NCBI GenBank assembly: GCA_045837725.1
Contig: JBEWZL010000294.1
Span: 186,001-250,000 of the forward strand
DNA from: Vermamoeba vermiformis
Lineage: Eukaryota
Direction: 5' to 3'
Length of the DNA stretch: 64,000 bases
Shown here: in pieces, positions 21,975 to 35,405 of the stretch
How the letters are laid out: every line of letters begins with the position of its first letter
Position numbering within the stretch: position 1 is the stretch's first letter
Translations under genes and position numbers: made by a program
Notes under the pieces: generated by a model
Database searches by the model: none
The model's input: only the letters and a program-made list of their open reading frames with translations
Told to the model about the DNA's origin: nothing

Positions 21975-24900
21975 ATGTCGAGTGACGAGATTGACGACAG
22001 TTTTTCAGACTCTAATTTCAGCGTACGTCCTTCATCGAATATAATTCAAAACAATTATTTTGCACGCGAAATATGTTTTTCGTGATTTATAAGAATTATT
22101 TTTTCATCTGGATCCAACCTCTCTACGCTGTATAGGAGGGTGGCGAGGAATCTTACGCAAGCAGTGAAGGATCTATCAAAGCTGATTCAGAAAGCGATAG
22201 TCCTGCTTCAGACGAGGAGGAAGATGATGACGACGATGAATCTGACGACGAGCGCAAGGCCAGCGGAAGAGCGAAGAGCAGCTCCGTCATATCGATTCAA
22301 CAACGTCAGTACTGCTTTGTTATTACTACGTGACTCAATGCAATTACCGCAGGGATATTCGGCTTTCGCTACTCACCCCCAGATAAGAAACATCCAACTG
22401 TCGCCGTTACGCGCAACTCACGCAAGAGAAAAGAGCCCACACCTGATCCAGACACATACGAGGCTGAGTGGCTCTCTTCGAAGAAACGACGAGTGGAGCC
22501 AGCCCCTGCCCCACGCGGTAACAAAATAACTGCAAAGAAACCGATTGACCTGGACGAGTAAGTCACGCCTCAATCATTCAGCCAGTAGCATTAATGTGGC
22601 GCAGTGACTCGAGTGATGAGATAGCTGCGCTGATGAGTCCAATCAAACCAGTCAAAAAGCCGACACGTCACAACGACAGTCCAATCAAGCACGACGACAG
22701 TGTGGACGAGGAAGATATCGAGGCCTTGGTGAGTCCAATCAAGAACAGAACACGCCTGCGCCGATTGGGCAGTTTGGATGACATTGCACAAGAGCGCGAA
22801 GACAAGTTGCGTCAGTTGCAGACCATGGGCTTCAGTGATCGCAGCAAGGCATCGGAAGCACTCCAGCACAACGACAACAATGTCGAGGCTGCCGTGGACT
22901 GGCTGTTAGCAGCTACGCGCAAGAGCGAGAGCGAGGAGAGCAGCGAGGATGTGCAAGTCACGCGAACAACTGTGCGCACTCGTAATGGCACTGTGACCGT
23001 GCAGAGACAAGAAGAGAAGCGTGCACGTGATGAACCAGCCCCAGTGGAAACTGAGCTGGAGAAGTTGATTCAAAAGTGCGAGGAGTACTCGAAGCGATTG
23101 GGCAGCGTGATGACAGCATTCATGAACCAGAGTGACAGTGAAGCCAATAATAGCAGCACTCAAATGGAACGTCAGCCCAAGATGTTGCAACGAGAGTTGA
23201 AGGACTATCAATTGATCGGCATGAACTGGCTGCACACCCTGCACAAAGAGGGATTGAACGGCATTCTGGCCGATGAAAGTAAGTCTCGCTTTGACACGTG
23301 TCACATTTCGAGAGTCTGACACTTGACACTTAACAGTGGGCCTTGGCAAAACAATTCAAACAATTTCCTTGCTGGCCCTCTTAAAAGAGAAGGGTATCGG
23401 AGGGGCCAATCTCATCGTGGTGCCTGCATCGAGTAAGTTCTGCGTGACACGTGTCACTCACGGCATTATTAACCCGCACAACAGCTTTGTCGAACTGGTC
23501 CAATGAACTCGAGAAATGGGCACCAAAATTGCGCGTGGAACGGTAATAAAACATTCGGTCCTATGACGCAATTAACACGTTGTTTGCAGCTATTACGGTG
23601 GCCAACAAGAGCGCATTGGCATGCAGCGCCGATTGTTGAAGAAGCGCGTGAAAAAAGACGACGTGAGTGACAGCAGCATCGAAGAACAATCAGATGACGA
23701 CGAGCACGTGTCACCGTACTGCTTCGATGTGATGCTCACCACCTATCAGACTGCATTTCAGAAGTTTGACCGCGCATTTCTGCGAAAGTTTGATCTGTCG
23801 TATTTGATCTTGGACGAGGCACACAACATCAAAAACAAGTCTTCGATCAGCTTTCAAGCGCTGTTCAAGCTCAATACACAGTGAGTACCGTTAGATCCAC
23901 TGAACCCCACTCGCTTATATTAATATTCTTGCTGTCACTAGACATCGATTGCTGTTGACTGGCACACCGCTGCAGGTACTGTTGTTATTGCTGTGTATAT
24001 ACGAGCTAACGCGGTTGCATCAGAACAATCTCGATGAGTTGTGGGCGCTGCTCTACTTCATCATGCCCAACATGTTCGGTTCATTCCGCAACTTTCAGCT
24101 CGTCACCGCGCAGTTTGCCAAGAAAAACAAGCGATCAGCCGCCCTGTCTGAGACCGAAGTCATTCAGCGCACCAAACAGATTTTGACGCCGTTCATTCTG
24201 CGCCGATTGAAATCTACGGTACGTGGTGCATGTTGCGGCTGTTGGATCTGCTAACATTCAACAGGTGTCGCTGGGACTGAAACCAAAAATAGAAAAGGTG
24301 ATCAAGTGTCAGTTGACGGAGATGCAGCAAGAACACTATCAAGACCTGTACAAACAAAGTCGCACCATGTGGCAAAAACACATCGAAGAATTGTCCAAAA
24401 AAGGCAAGCCGCACAAATCAGAGGACTCGGACTCCGAGGCTGAAAAGAGAAAAAAGAAGAAAAAGACCGTGAACATTTCAGTGCTGCTCAACAACATCTT
24501 GGTACGTCACGTGATCGGTGCTGATTGCCAAATTAAGTCAATTAATCCGCGCAACAGATGCAACTCCGCAAAGTAGCCAATCATCCGCTCATGTTGCGCA
24601 CGCAGTACACGCGCGACAAGTTGAGTGCCATGGCCAAGCAGTTGAAAGCGCGCGAAAAAGACTACAAGACCGAGGCCCTGCCGCACATCATTGAGGACTT
24701 GGAGGCCTATTCGGACTTTCAGCTGCACGAACTCTGTCTCAGCCACAGCTACTTGAAGGAGTATCGGCTCTCGAATGGTGAGTGACACCTGTCAACGCGA
24801 AGTTCGCACGATGATTTGACATGTTTGACAGATCTGCTCTACAACTCGTCGGGCAAGTTGTTGGCGCTCAAAAAGCTGCTCAAAGAACTGTTCCAAGCCG

Positions 24901-25691
24901 AGCATCGCGTGCTCATCTTCTCGCAGATGACCAAGTAAGGCTATATCGCCACGCACAGGGCACCCCGTATTAACTGCGCGCACAGAGTGTTGGACATACT
25001 CGAGCACTACGTGGCCCATCTCGACTACAAGTATCTGCGCCTCGACGGTCAGACCCCAGTGAGTGAGCGGCAAGAGAAGATTGATCAGTTCAACTCTGAT
25101 CGCTCCGTGTTCATCTTCTTGCTCTCCACGCGGGCTGGTGGACTCGGCATCAATCTCGCCACCGCAGACACAGCGGTCTTTTACGACATTTCTTTCAATC
25201 CGCAAGTCGATCGCCAAGCTGAGGACAGATGTCACCGCTTGGGCCAAGAGAAGCAAGTGCGCATCTTCAAGCTGATTGCCGAGGGCTCGATTGACGAGCA
25301 CATGCTGAAGATGGCAGTCGAGAAGAAAGAGTTGAATGACGTGGTGCTCGAAGAGGGCGATTACGACGGCAACGTGCGCGACAGCGAGGCCGATGTGTTG
25401 AACGACACGCGTGACGGCGCCGAGGACTTGTTCGACGTCATGTTCAACAGCCAGCCCGAGAACAACAACGGCCACAAGACGAAGAAAGAGCACACATCGA
25501 ACGGACACAGCGAGAGCAAGAAGAGCGCGGTCAAACAATCAACACCCAACACCTCGACTGCGAGCAACAACGACAACAATGCCAGTCGCGGCTCAGATCT
25601 GTTCACACTCGAGGGCTCATTGGCACTCTCAGAGGACGAGGATGTCGTGCAGTTGAATGACAACTCCGATGACATTGTGGTACTCGATTGA
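21975..25691 (+). CDS. SMARCAD1: SNF2-family remodeller of SMARCAD1/Fun30 type with an N-terminal UBA-like domain
   Basis: [59 protein letters not shown] and [18 protein letters not shown]. Confidence 0.88.
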
Positions 25692-25725
25692 TCAATCAAC
25701 GAGGGTCAATAAAGCATTTACTATA

Positions 25726-27272
25726 TCAGTTGTCTATGTGCAAGTACTTGAGCTGCGTGAGTTGTTTGAGCGCACCAATGAGTTGTTCGTCGAGGAGGTG
25801 ACGCCGACACTCGATCACCAGTGCGGTGAGTGAGTTGTGGCACGCGGAGTGGAGTGCGGGCACATTCAGGGGCGTCAAGTTGTGCTCCAACAACAGCTTG
25901 AGCTGTTCTAACTGATACAATTGCGACAGGTAGTCGCCGCTGAGCGTGACATCGGTGAGCGCTAGTCGTCGCAGCTGGTGCAGTTGATTGACGCACGTGC
26001 CACTCACCGTGCATTTCATCAAGTGCAACGAAGTAAGAGAAGAACACGATGCCAGCCACACCAGCCCCTCGTCTTGTGCTCCTTGCCAACTGAGGTGCGT
26101 CAAGTGCGGCAATGCAGAGAGATATTGCAACGACTTGGCTTCGAGTGCGATGCAGCGCTTGAATGTCAACTGTTCCAAGTTAGTCAACACGCGCAGTTCA
26201 CGCGCATTGTAGATCGGCACGTAATTGAGAGTGAGGCGGTGTATCGCAGTGAATGCGCTCCAATTGGCCGTCGAGTCCTCGTCCACCAGTGTGACACGTG
26301 TCAAGTGCGAGCTGACAACGAACTGACGATGTTTGCCACTCGCGCCGAGTTTGAGTCGTGCCAATTGTGTCATTTGTGACAGATCGACACACGACGGGAA
26401 ATCTGCAGACAACCACACCGCCAGCGCTGTCAAGCACGTGAATTCAGTGAACGACTGCATGTCTGAACGAGGGAACGACAAGGAGCGCAGAGCGAGGCCG
26501 TGCAGTTGTGTCGCGTAGATGTGACGCAGGGTGCTAACTGCTGTCAAACGTGTCAAGCTGCTGAGTGACTCGACACCGATGCGGGTGTCGATCCTTTCTA
26601 AATTAGGAAATAGTGTTGCCAGATCAGGATATTCTTGGCGTCCTTGCAGTGTGATGCGCGTGACACGTGTCAATGGCGCAGTGAAAAGCTCGGTCACATT
26701 CAGCGCACCGAAAAGACTATCCAATCTCAGTCGACGGAGATTGGTCAGTGCGGTGAGTGGTGGCACTTGCCTAATTAGGGGTGCACCAAGTGTCAGATGT
26801 GCTGCGAGTGAGGGGTTGACACGTGTCACATCGAACTCCTCTGCGGCACTCTCAATGCACTGCAGTTGCGTCAGTCGCGGCAACATTGTTACTATTTTGG
26901 GTGCTTTGGCGTATCCGATGTCCAAATAAGTCAATCGACTAAATTTCTGCAATGTCTCTAACGCTGCCACCGACAAGTGCGCGTGGAAGTAGTGCTTACA
27001 AAGCACCAAGTATAATTGTTCCAAATTAGGCATGTATCGTGCTAGACGCGGCAGAATTTTGTCCAAATTAATGTCGTTGACGCGATACTTGTGCATGTGT
27101 TTGATGGCGAGGCGAAGTGTCCACCGCGCCAAACGAGCAAGACTAAATAGGGGCTATTAATTTTATAAATTACAATTAAATGCGTATATTAATGCTCTTA
27201 CACCCAGAAATTAGACGGCTCTGTTAGCATATTTATGAGAATATATTCGAGAATTTCAACCGGCAGATCCAT
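25726..27272 (-). CDS. F-box/LRR protein
   Basis: Exon 1 MDLPVEILEYIL (F-box start), then many LxxLxL repeats (LTYLDI, LRRLRL, LTSLHL, LKYLHI). Confidence 0.75.
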
Positions 27273-27785
27273 TCGTTTTGTTTGTTGCTTTCCAAATTTA
27301 CTCCTTACCGGCACCTTAATATATCGTATGAACAGTGCTCCTCTAGTGCTAGCGTAAAGCAATTATGAATGATTTTGTATTTGTTCTAGTATCGAAACAG
27401 GACTGTAATTTGGTCTTGCGATGACATTTTGAATTTTTGAGCTTTAAGTTCAGTGTTGAATAAGAACACTATGAATATGGTGCTCGAGACATAACAATCT
27501 CGTCCTGTGAGCACCTTATTGATACGTGAGTACTGCGCACTACTTCCCCACATTTCAAATGACACTTTGTCACCGCTACTGCCGTAACTCACTGGTGGTA
27601 CCGATTTTTCTACAATGTAGAAAAAAATTTAGTCTCGGTGTGGTGCATCGCTCCTTTTAGACCTCAAAATAAAATTGATAAAAAAATGTCGTTTGGTGCG
27701 GAAAAAACGAAAATGAAAATTCGCCACTTTAACAAACCTTGTCAATACAAACAACCACAACCACAGAACCATACAATAATTACAT

Positions 27786-28927
27786 ATGGCTGACGTAGAT
27801 ACTTACGACTATTTATTCAAAAGTACGTTGTTGAATGGATTTGCAACGCATCTTGACGCAGCATGGTATTAATTTTTTTTGTGTAGTTGTGCTCGTCGGA
27901 GACAGTGGCGTCGGCAAGAGCAACTTGTTGTCGCGTTTTACAAAGGGCGAGTTCTTTGAAGAGACTAAATCCACCATCGGAGTCGAGTTTGCTGTAAAAA
28001 GCGTAGTCGTTGATGGCAAAACTATTAAAGCTCAAACGTGGGATACAGGTACTTACACATTACATAATAATTAATTAATGCTCCCTTCTCTAATTCCATT
28101 TCGCATTTTAAATTTTTTATTTGAAAAAATCGTTATTTTGCGTTCGAATACTGATCTTTGCTTTTATATGAATTAATTACACTATTTTATCGTTGCATTA
28201 AATGATATGCATCTAAACATATGACCGAGAATCTAATTATTCAATTTTTAATAATTAGTAGCTGAATCTGTCGGGTATTTAGTTCTTATACCGTTATTGA
28301 CAAAATCTCGCTAATTAATTTGAAAATTTAGCTAAAAAATATTCCAATATAATTATACTATCAATGTGGTCTTTCTAACTCATTTTTTACCGTTGATCAG
28401 CTGGTCAAGAACGATACCGCGCAATTACATCTGCTTACTACCGCAGTGCAGTCGGTGCCATGCTCGTATATGACATTAGCAAGAAGGACACATTCGACAA
28501 TATTGAGCGTTGGTTAACAGAGTTGCGTCAACACGCAGATTCGAATATTATAATTATGCTTGTCGGCAACAAGTCTGGTACGATCTGCTTGGCTTTGCAT
28601 TGCCAATAGCTGTTTGTAGTGACATATGTACTAACAATACTATATACAGACTTGAAACACTTGCGCGAAGTGCCTCAAGAACGCGCACGTGCCTTCTGCG
28701 AGGAGAACGGACTGAATCTGGTGGAGACCTCAGCCAAGGACAACACCAACGTAGAATTCGCGTTCCAAAAGCTGATTACAGACATTTACAACGAGACGGT
28801 CAAGAAGAACACGCTCGACACCGACACCGTCGGCACCACTGACACCATCCCTGGCCGCGGTCAAACACTCGAATTGCGCCCTCCTAGCGAAGGCAGTGCC
28901 AGCACTCAAGGCAACTGCAAGTGTTAA
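27786..28927 (+). CDS. RAB11: Rab11-family small GTPase, 4 exons
   Basis: [61 protein letters not shown] and C-terminal CKC. Confidence 0.93.
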
Positions 28928-29257
28928 GGACTTGAAGGGGCATATTCAGCGAGAATACTGCGCTGATTTTGTCAATTCAAATTTAAAATAGCAGATCTGC
29001 GTCGATTTATTTATTAATTTGAAAATCAATTGTTAGTGACTTCCATTAAGTCTTATGTACATATCTTTGTGCTCCTTTTTATAATAAACTATGACTTGAA
29101 AGCACGCCAGTTCATCGCATTCAATCGCTGAAAATTAGTTGCTTAATTTAGCTCGACAAAATCTAAACCTCATTTTAAACACATACAAAGTCGGTTGAAC
29201 ACCACTAGTGTATAATTCGAGTAGATAACAGGTCCTGGTCTGAATGCAACAGCGGCG

Positions 29258-32200
29258 ATGGTGATCTGGGGTGCAGATTACAATTTGGAGTCCACCACGC
29301 CCTTTTGGATCAGTTTGGCTGGTACTCTAGTGGTGGTCAGTGGCTGCACATTTGTCTATCATGTCATATTTACTTGGATGTTGCCGTCAATACTCTATTG
29401 CTTCGGTTATGACAGAGCTGCAGAATCCAGCTGGCGCATTAAATTTATCACCAAGTTTTCAAATACTAAAGGTCCAGCAGTAATTGTAAGTGATTAGTGA
29501 TGAGAATTATTAAGCAATTATATCAACGTTTCGGCATATTTCAATAATTTTTTTTAATTTTTGGATCCAACAATGTCAGAACGTTGAAATTTAAAACTGC
29601 TAACCAATTCATGCAGGTATTTGTAGTTGTATTGATCAGTGCATATTCATGTGGATTATTTATATGGGAGACAACTAGAGTTCAAAAGCTGTCAGATGCT
29701 GGCAACCCGAAAGATCAAGTTCAAAGCATATTCCGCGACCCATTTGTTATTTGGTCTGAATTCTCAGTTTCAGCACTTTCATTACTTGAATATATGTTCC
29801 AGTTCGCTGTAGCACCGAATAAGTAAGGTCCAGTCAAAGATCCAAAATCATCGGCTAAATTCAATTTTAGGGTCAAATACACGCTGAATCCAATCAAACT
29901 CGTGCAAATGGTGCCAGTGATACCAGGCATATTGGGGCCAGCCATGGGCTTCTATTACTTTGGTTTTCAGTTCCTCCGCTTCATTCAGCTCTACAACTCG
30001 CTCACTTTTCTCAAAAAACTCGACGGCAGCTTCTTTGTGGGTGCGTAGTGTCGCTGAATATAGTGCCTAGTGCTCACGAATATGCAGGTCTGTCCGCGGA
30101 GCTCGTCTTGTTAGTGGGTGCAGTCACGAGCATCATCTTCTCCACTGCAGGCATCATCTTCATATTGGAGAACAAGCACTTCAACGACGGGGGCAAATTC
30201 GACAATTTGTTCGAGTGCATTTACTACGTGGTGATCGTATCCGAAATATTACTGATGGACACGCTCGTCCTGATTATATTTATTATTGTTATTGTTATTG
30301 TACCTTAACCTCGCCTTAGACATTCACTACTGTAGGTTTCGGAGATTTCTCGCCAGTTTCCTTATTAGGCAAACTGTTCATTATCATCGGACTGTTCGCT
30401 AACTTCATTTTGCTGCCCACGCACGTCACATCTGCCATTCAGCGCGTGAAGATCTGGCGAAGTGAGTTGATTAGTGTCGCTCGATTACAACAGCTAATCT
30501 ATTTTTAGATCAGCGCAAGTACGGCGGTGAAGGTCACGTGATCGTATTCAGCCGCGGAGATTTCTTCGTAGATTTCATTCACGAGTTCTACACCGAGGCC
30601 TTGGGTGCGTGGCGTGGTCGCAACATGTGCTTGATGACGCAGCGCCGCATCAGCAGCGACGACAAGGCCGCGCTGCACGTGCCCTCGTACAAACTGCGCA
30701 TCAGTCACATGAATGGCGACATGATCGTACGTACCGCTGATTGACACGTGTCATAGTCGCGTCACTAATTGTTCGCGTAGAACTTGGCAGACACGAAGAG
30801 AACGCGCGCCAAGAAAGCAGACGCGTGCTTCATTCTGCTGAGCACACTGGCGCACAATCACGATCAGATGGACGCGAACAACATTCTCAGAGCTGTTTCA
30901 CTGAAAAGACAAAATCCCAAGCTCAAGATCTACATGCAACTCTTCTCGAGCCAGTACAAGTTCATGCTCAAAAATGTGTGCGACAATGTCATTTACGCGC
31001 GTGACATGCGTGCTGCAATCTTGGCGCAGAATGCTGTCGCACCAGGCTTCACGACCTTATTTGGCAATCTCATCGTCTCGCAGAAACCAACGGACGATGT
31101 TGCGAGCAAAGGCTGGCTCGCGGAGTACAGTACGTGCTGGCGATGAGCTATTTTTAGATACTGACCAATCACGACAGAGCTCGGTCTGCAGCAATCACTG
31201 CACACGAATGTAGACTTGTCGAACTTTGTTGGTGCGAGCTTCTTTGATGTACTATATGTAAGTGTCATTGTACATTGCAGGACTGTGTTTGACACGTGTC
31301 ATTAGCATCTCTTCATCAACGAAGGCGCGTTGTTGGTGTCAGTGAGATCACGTGTCGATGGCTCGCACGAGCTGTTAGATGACACGGCCATTGACATCAC
31401 ACTGTCCGCCGAGTCCAGTGAAGTCGAGCTGTCTGAGATTGGACACAAAAAAACCCATAAAAGGAAATCACGTGGCTGTTGCAGCTGTTGTAACTCCGAC
31501 AAGCAGAATGAGGAGCAAGACGATGCTAAATATGGCCCTTACAGAATGGGCATTGCGGGCAGTCAAAAGTAAGTTGTATCGGTTGACTCGCACTGAGCGC
31601 CAATTGACACGTGTCATTCAGAATCCGCGATGGCGATCAAGGCGTGTTCATCTACCGCAAGAAGACCAAGACCCTGCAGAAGAAGATCGATCGACTGCGC
31701 CTCGATGACTTCAATTCACTGAAAGAGAACAGCAATGCTTGGCAACAGCGCACCAGTGTCGACGAGGACGCAGCGACACGTGTCAGCAAGCGTGCTTTGT
31801 CCCTGCAGACCACCAGAGCGCTGAATGCAATTCTGCAAGACAAATTTGTTGAGCGTAAGTGCAGCGATATTAACTTTAAAGACCACGATGAATATTGACT
31901 TGGATATTCAGCCCCACCAGTGGCACCTGAAGTTCACGACGAACCTCGTAGTGGCGAAAATACCGTCGACAACAATAACAAGCACAAAGCTAACTTCGAT
32001 CCGCGCTGCATGTTGTTGGGTGATGTACGTGTTTGATGAATAGTCACGTGATTCAGTGAACTAACGAGCTCCCAGCGATCCCTCGAAACACTGTCAGGTC
32101 ACGTGGTGGTGTGTGTGCTCGACAATCACGTGGCCACGCACTTCGACTTGCCCGATGGTGCTGATGCAGAGCCCGGTGCCAACAAGCTGCAGTTGGAGCA

Positions 32201-33258
32201 GTCGCACTTGACACCCTCACAGCTGCACGCCCCTGATCTGATTGGTCTCTTGAAGGCGTTGAGATCGCGTGCTGAATTGCGCGAGACACCTGTCATCTTC
32301 CTGATGCTGCGTCCTCCCAGTCCTTTGCAGCTACAAGAATTCGAGCCTTATCGTGGACTGGTCTATTTTGTGGCTGTAAGTCCTCTCGCTCGTGTCTGGC
32401 TCGTATCATACTCACACTCTCCTCTCGCAGGGCTCACCCTCTGATGCATTTGATCTTCAACGCGCTGGTGCCACGCAAGCCAAGGCAGTGCTCATTCTGG
32501 CTACAGACGGGCCTAACTCCACGGTGCATGTCAGCGAGGACGGAGAGGCCAATCTGATTGCACACGATGCCAACAGCTTGATGATCTATCGGCTGCTCGA
32601 GTATTTGCCCACCTACCCCGTCATTCAGCTCGTGTTCCCCGACAACTGTCGCTTCCTCAATCAATCGAGCAAGAGTTACTTCTACAACCCGCACTACGTC
32701 TCAGGCCACATCTTCATTCGCAGCTCATTGCACTACATCTTGGCCCAGGCCTATTACAAAGAGAACTTCTTGCCAGTGGTCGAGAAGTTGACGCACGCCA
32801 ATATTTCACACGTCAAAGTGAGTGACTTGCACGAGTTCAGCCAGCCTCTCGACACCGTAAGTATATAGAATATGCTGCCAATGTCTCATATGACTCACCT
32901 CTGGCTGCAGGACCAGTCGCGCAAGAACAAAAAGAAGAAGAAGGCCGTTGAAGAGGAGATCTATCACTACAAAGACCTCGTCAAACAGCTCTTGGCGCGC
33001 GGTCAACTGCCCCTCGGTCTGTACCGCACACGACACGACAGAACGAAGAAGGGCTCGCGGAATATCTTCCACGGCCTGAAGAACTTGTTGCGCAATGGTC
33101 ACATGCCCAGTCATCTGATGGACTCGGCGAGTGGCACGGCAGTACCGGATCACAGCGCGGCCTCGTTCAGAAAACGATTTGTGTTCACTAATCCTCCACC
33201 CACTACTGTGCTGCAGTCTGATGATATCGTTTTTGTCATCTCTCCACGCCACAAGTGA
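29258..33258 (+). CDS. Slo/BK-type K+ channel (S0-S6 plus RCK domains), many exons
   Basis: TM helices, pore YVVITFTTVGFGDFSP, RCK motifs (ADACFIL, D.NNILRAVSLK, ILAQNAVAPGFTTLFGNL, GSPSDAFDLQRAG) and terminal VFTNPPPTTVLQSDDIVFV. Confidence 0.9.
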
Positions 33259-33403
33259 TATGTTCATATGATGTAAAATAGTAAACTTATTTATTGGTCC
33301 CTTTCACAAACCGCCATTCGTTTGTTTTTTCGTTCCATTTTATTAATTTAAAAGCGACAGGAGCGACATACCAGCATATATTTATATTGTCTAAATCCTG
33401 TAA

Positions 33404-34822
33404 ATGACAACAAGACATGCAGTTATATTGGTGCTGGCTCTCAGTCTGTTGCTGAGTCACGCTCCGACAGCAGATGCGCGCTGGTACGATTGGGTGCAGG
33501 ATAAAGTTCAGAATATAGGCAATGCCTTTCATGACCTCATTGCGAGTTGTCCTACACGCGAAGGATACAAAGATACATTGCGTAGTGGACTCGAGAAGCA
33601 GATTTTCGGTCAAGAGCAAGCAATCAATCGCATCGTGTCAGGATTCCAAACACATCCTGCTGGCAAACCATTGTCATTTCACTTTGTAGGAGTAAGTATC
33701 ATAGTGACAGGATGGTGCTATATAATTAAATACAAATATTTTCAAAAAAATTGAAAATAATTGCGCAAAATTCAAAATGCAACACGAACCGCTTAAACGT
33801 TGTTAATTACAACAAGGGGATTAAATATATATTTTTTAAAAAAATTGTGATGACGTCACTGAACTCGGATCCAGGACAATGGCACAGGCAAGACTAAGAC
33901 CGCGAAGATCCTCGCAGAACTCAAGTTCTCCAAGCGCGATCAAGACAATATACCGCGTGGACTGCTCTACTTGCGCGGCAATCACTTCAGAATTGGCGAG
34001 CAGTTGTTTAGTGCTGGCGAAGTCAAACTTCAGAGCAACAACGCGAGCAGCAGTGCGCACCAGAACGGCACGCAAGAGAACCAGAGCTCACTCTCGAGAC
34101 TGCGAACATTAATCCGCGAACAGTTGTTGACGCAGTTAGCGCTGTGTCCCGAGAGCGTGATCATCATTGACGAGTTCGAATTGTTTCACCGTCGCACCGT
34201 CACGGTGTTCCAAGAATTTCTCGATGCCACGTACCCCGTCATTACGTACAACAGTAAGTCGTTGCAATCTACTCTATCCAGTGCCATCGACTCACACTAG
34301 CCCGCACCAGATCTGAAAGCACGCCTCGATAAGGCCACGTACATCTTCATCTCAGACTTTGGCACAGCAGGCATGACCAGTCAAATGTCACTCGCGGAGA
34401 TTCACGCGCTGGTGGTGGCTGAGTGTGCACGTGCTTGGCAAGACAGCAAATTGACAGCTCTGCTCTCACATGTCGTGCCATTCCACCCTCTCTCGCGCGC
34501 TGGACTTGTTGACTTCACGAACCACTTGTTGACATCTTTGACAGCTCATCCAAGACTCGCGGAGGCACGTGTCAAAGTGTCAGCTGTCACCGTGCAGTCT
34601 CAACAGGCCTTTGACAAATTAATCGACACGCTGTGGCAAGCCAGTCAGTCCCCGCCACTGATTGGTTGGAACTATCGCGGTGTCGAGCAGTTGTTCGAGT
34701 CATTGGTTGCCGAGCCTTTTTTGGCAACTGTTCAAGAACAGGCTGATCACGTGCTTAATGTAGCGCTGGTGGATAGCAAGACTGGCTGGGACTTTCAAGC
34801 AACACATGTGAGTGACAAGTAG
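33404..34822 (+). CDS. Torsin-like AAA+ ATPase with signal peptide (3' end uncertain)
   Basis: Signal peptide, then LEKQIFGQEQA, KPLSFHFVGDNGTGKT (Walker A across intron 33692-33874), CPESVIIIDEFE (Walker B), YIFISD and VVPFHPLSR. Confidence 0.72.
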
Positions 34823-35405
34823 AGTCGTGTGTAGGAAGTGAAATTACCATGCAAGTGCGTTACTGACACGTGTCAAATGCCCGCCCCCACAGCAGAGTTC
34901 AGCAAGGGTTGCACTGAGAAGAACAAGAGCACGTCTAATATCGTTGTACAGTATAAACAACATTGTATTGTGCTTGCGAGGTCATTTTGTTCCAGTTTGT
35001 GGGTTAATGCTCGACATCCGCTCGTTCATGAAAGAACGTCGCGGAGAATAGCAGTGATTCTTGGGCTAAATGCCGATAGCGCTAGAGCTCGATCGGGCAA
35101 GTACTAGCACCCTCAATAAGAATTCAGTCGTCTTTTCAGTGCTGCGTCGCGGCTCTTGTCTAGATTGGGCAAAAGGCGCCATTGACGCGCAGAACAGTTT
35201 GTTATTATTGGCCGAGGTGAATAACACCACTGGGAACAACAAGTCACGGGGTGTGAAAACAATTTATTTTAGAACGTAAGTAGGGATACTGCAGGATTCA
35301 GCACTATTCTGTGGTTGGCTAACGAGATTAGTGAAACAGATGAGGTGATCTCGATTATAAAATAATAATAACCGAAGCAAAGTCATCGAATAAGAAGAAT
35401 TTGAT

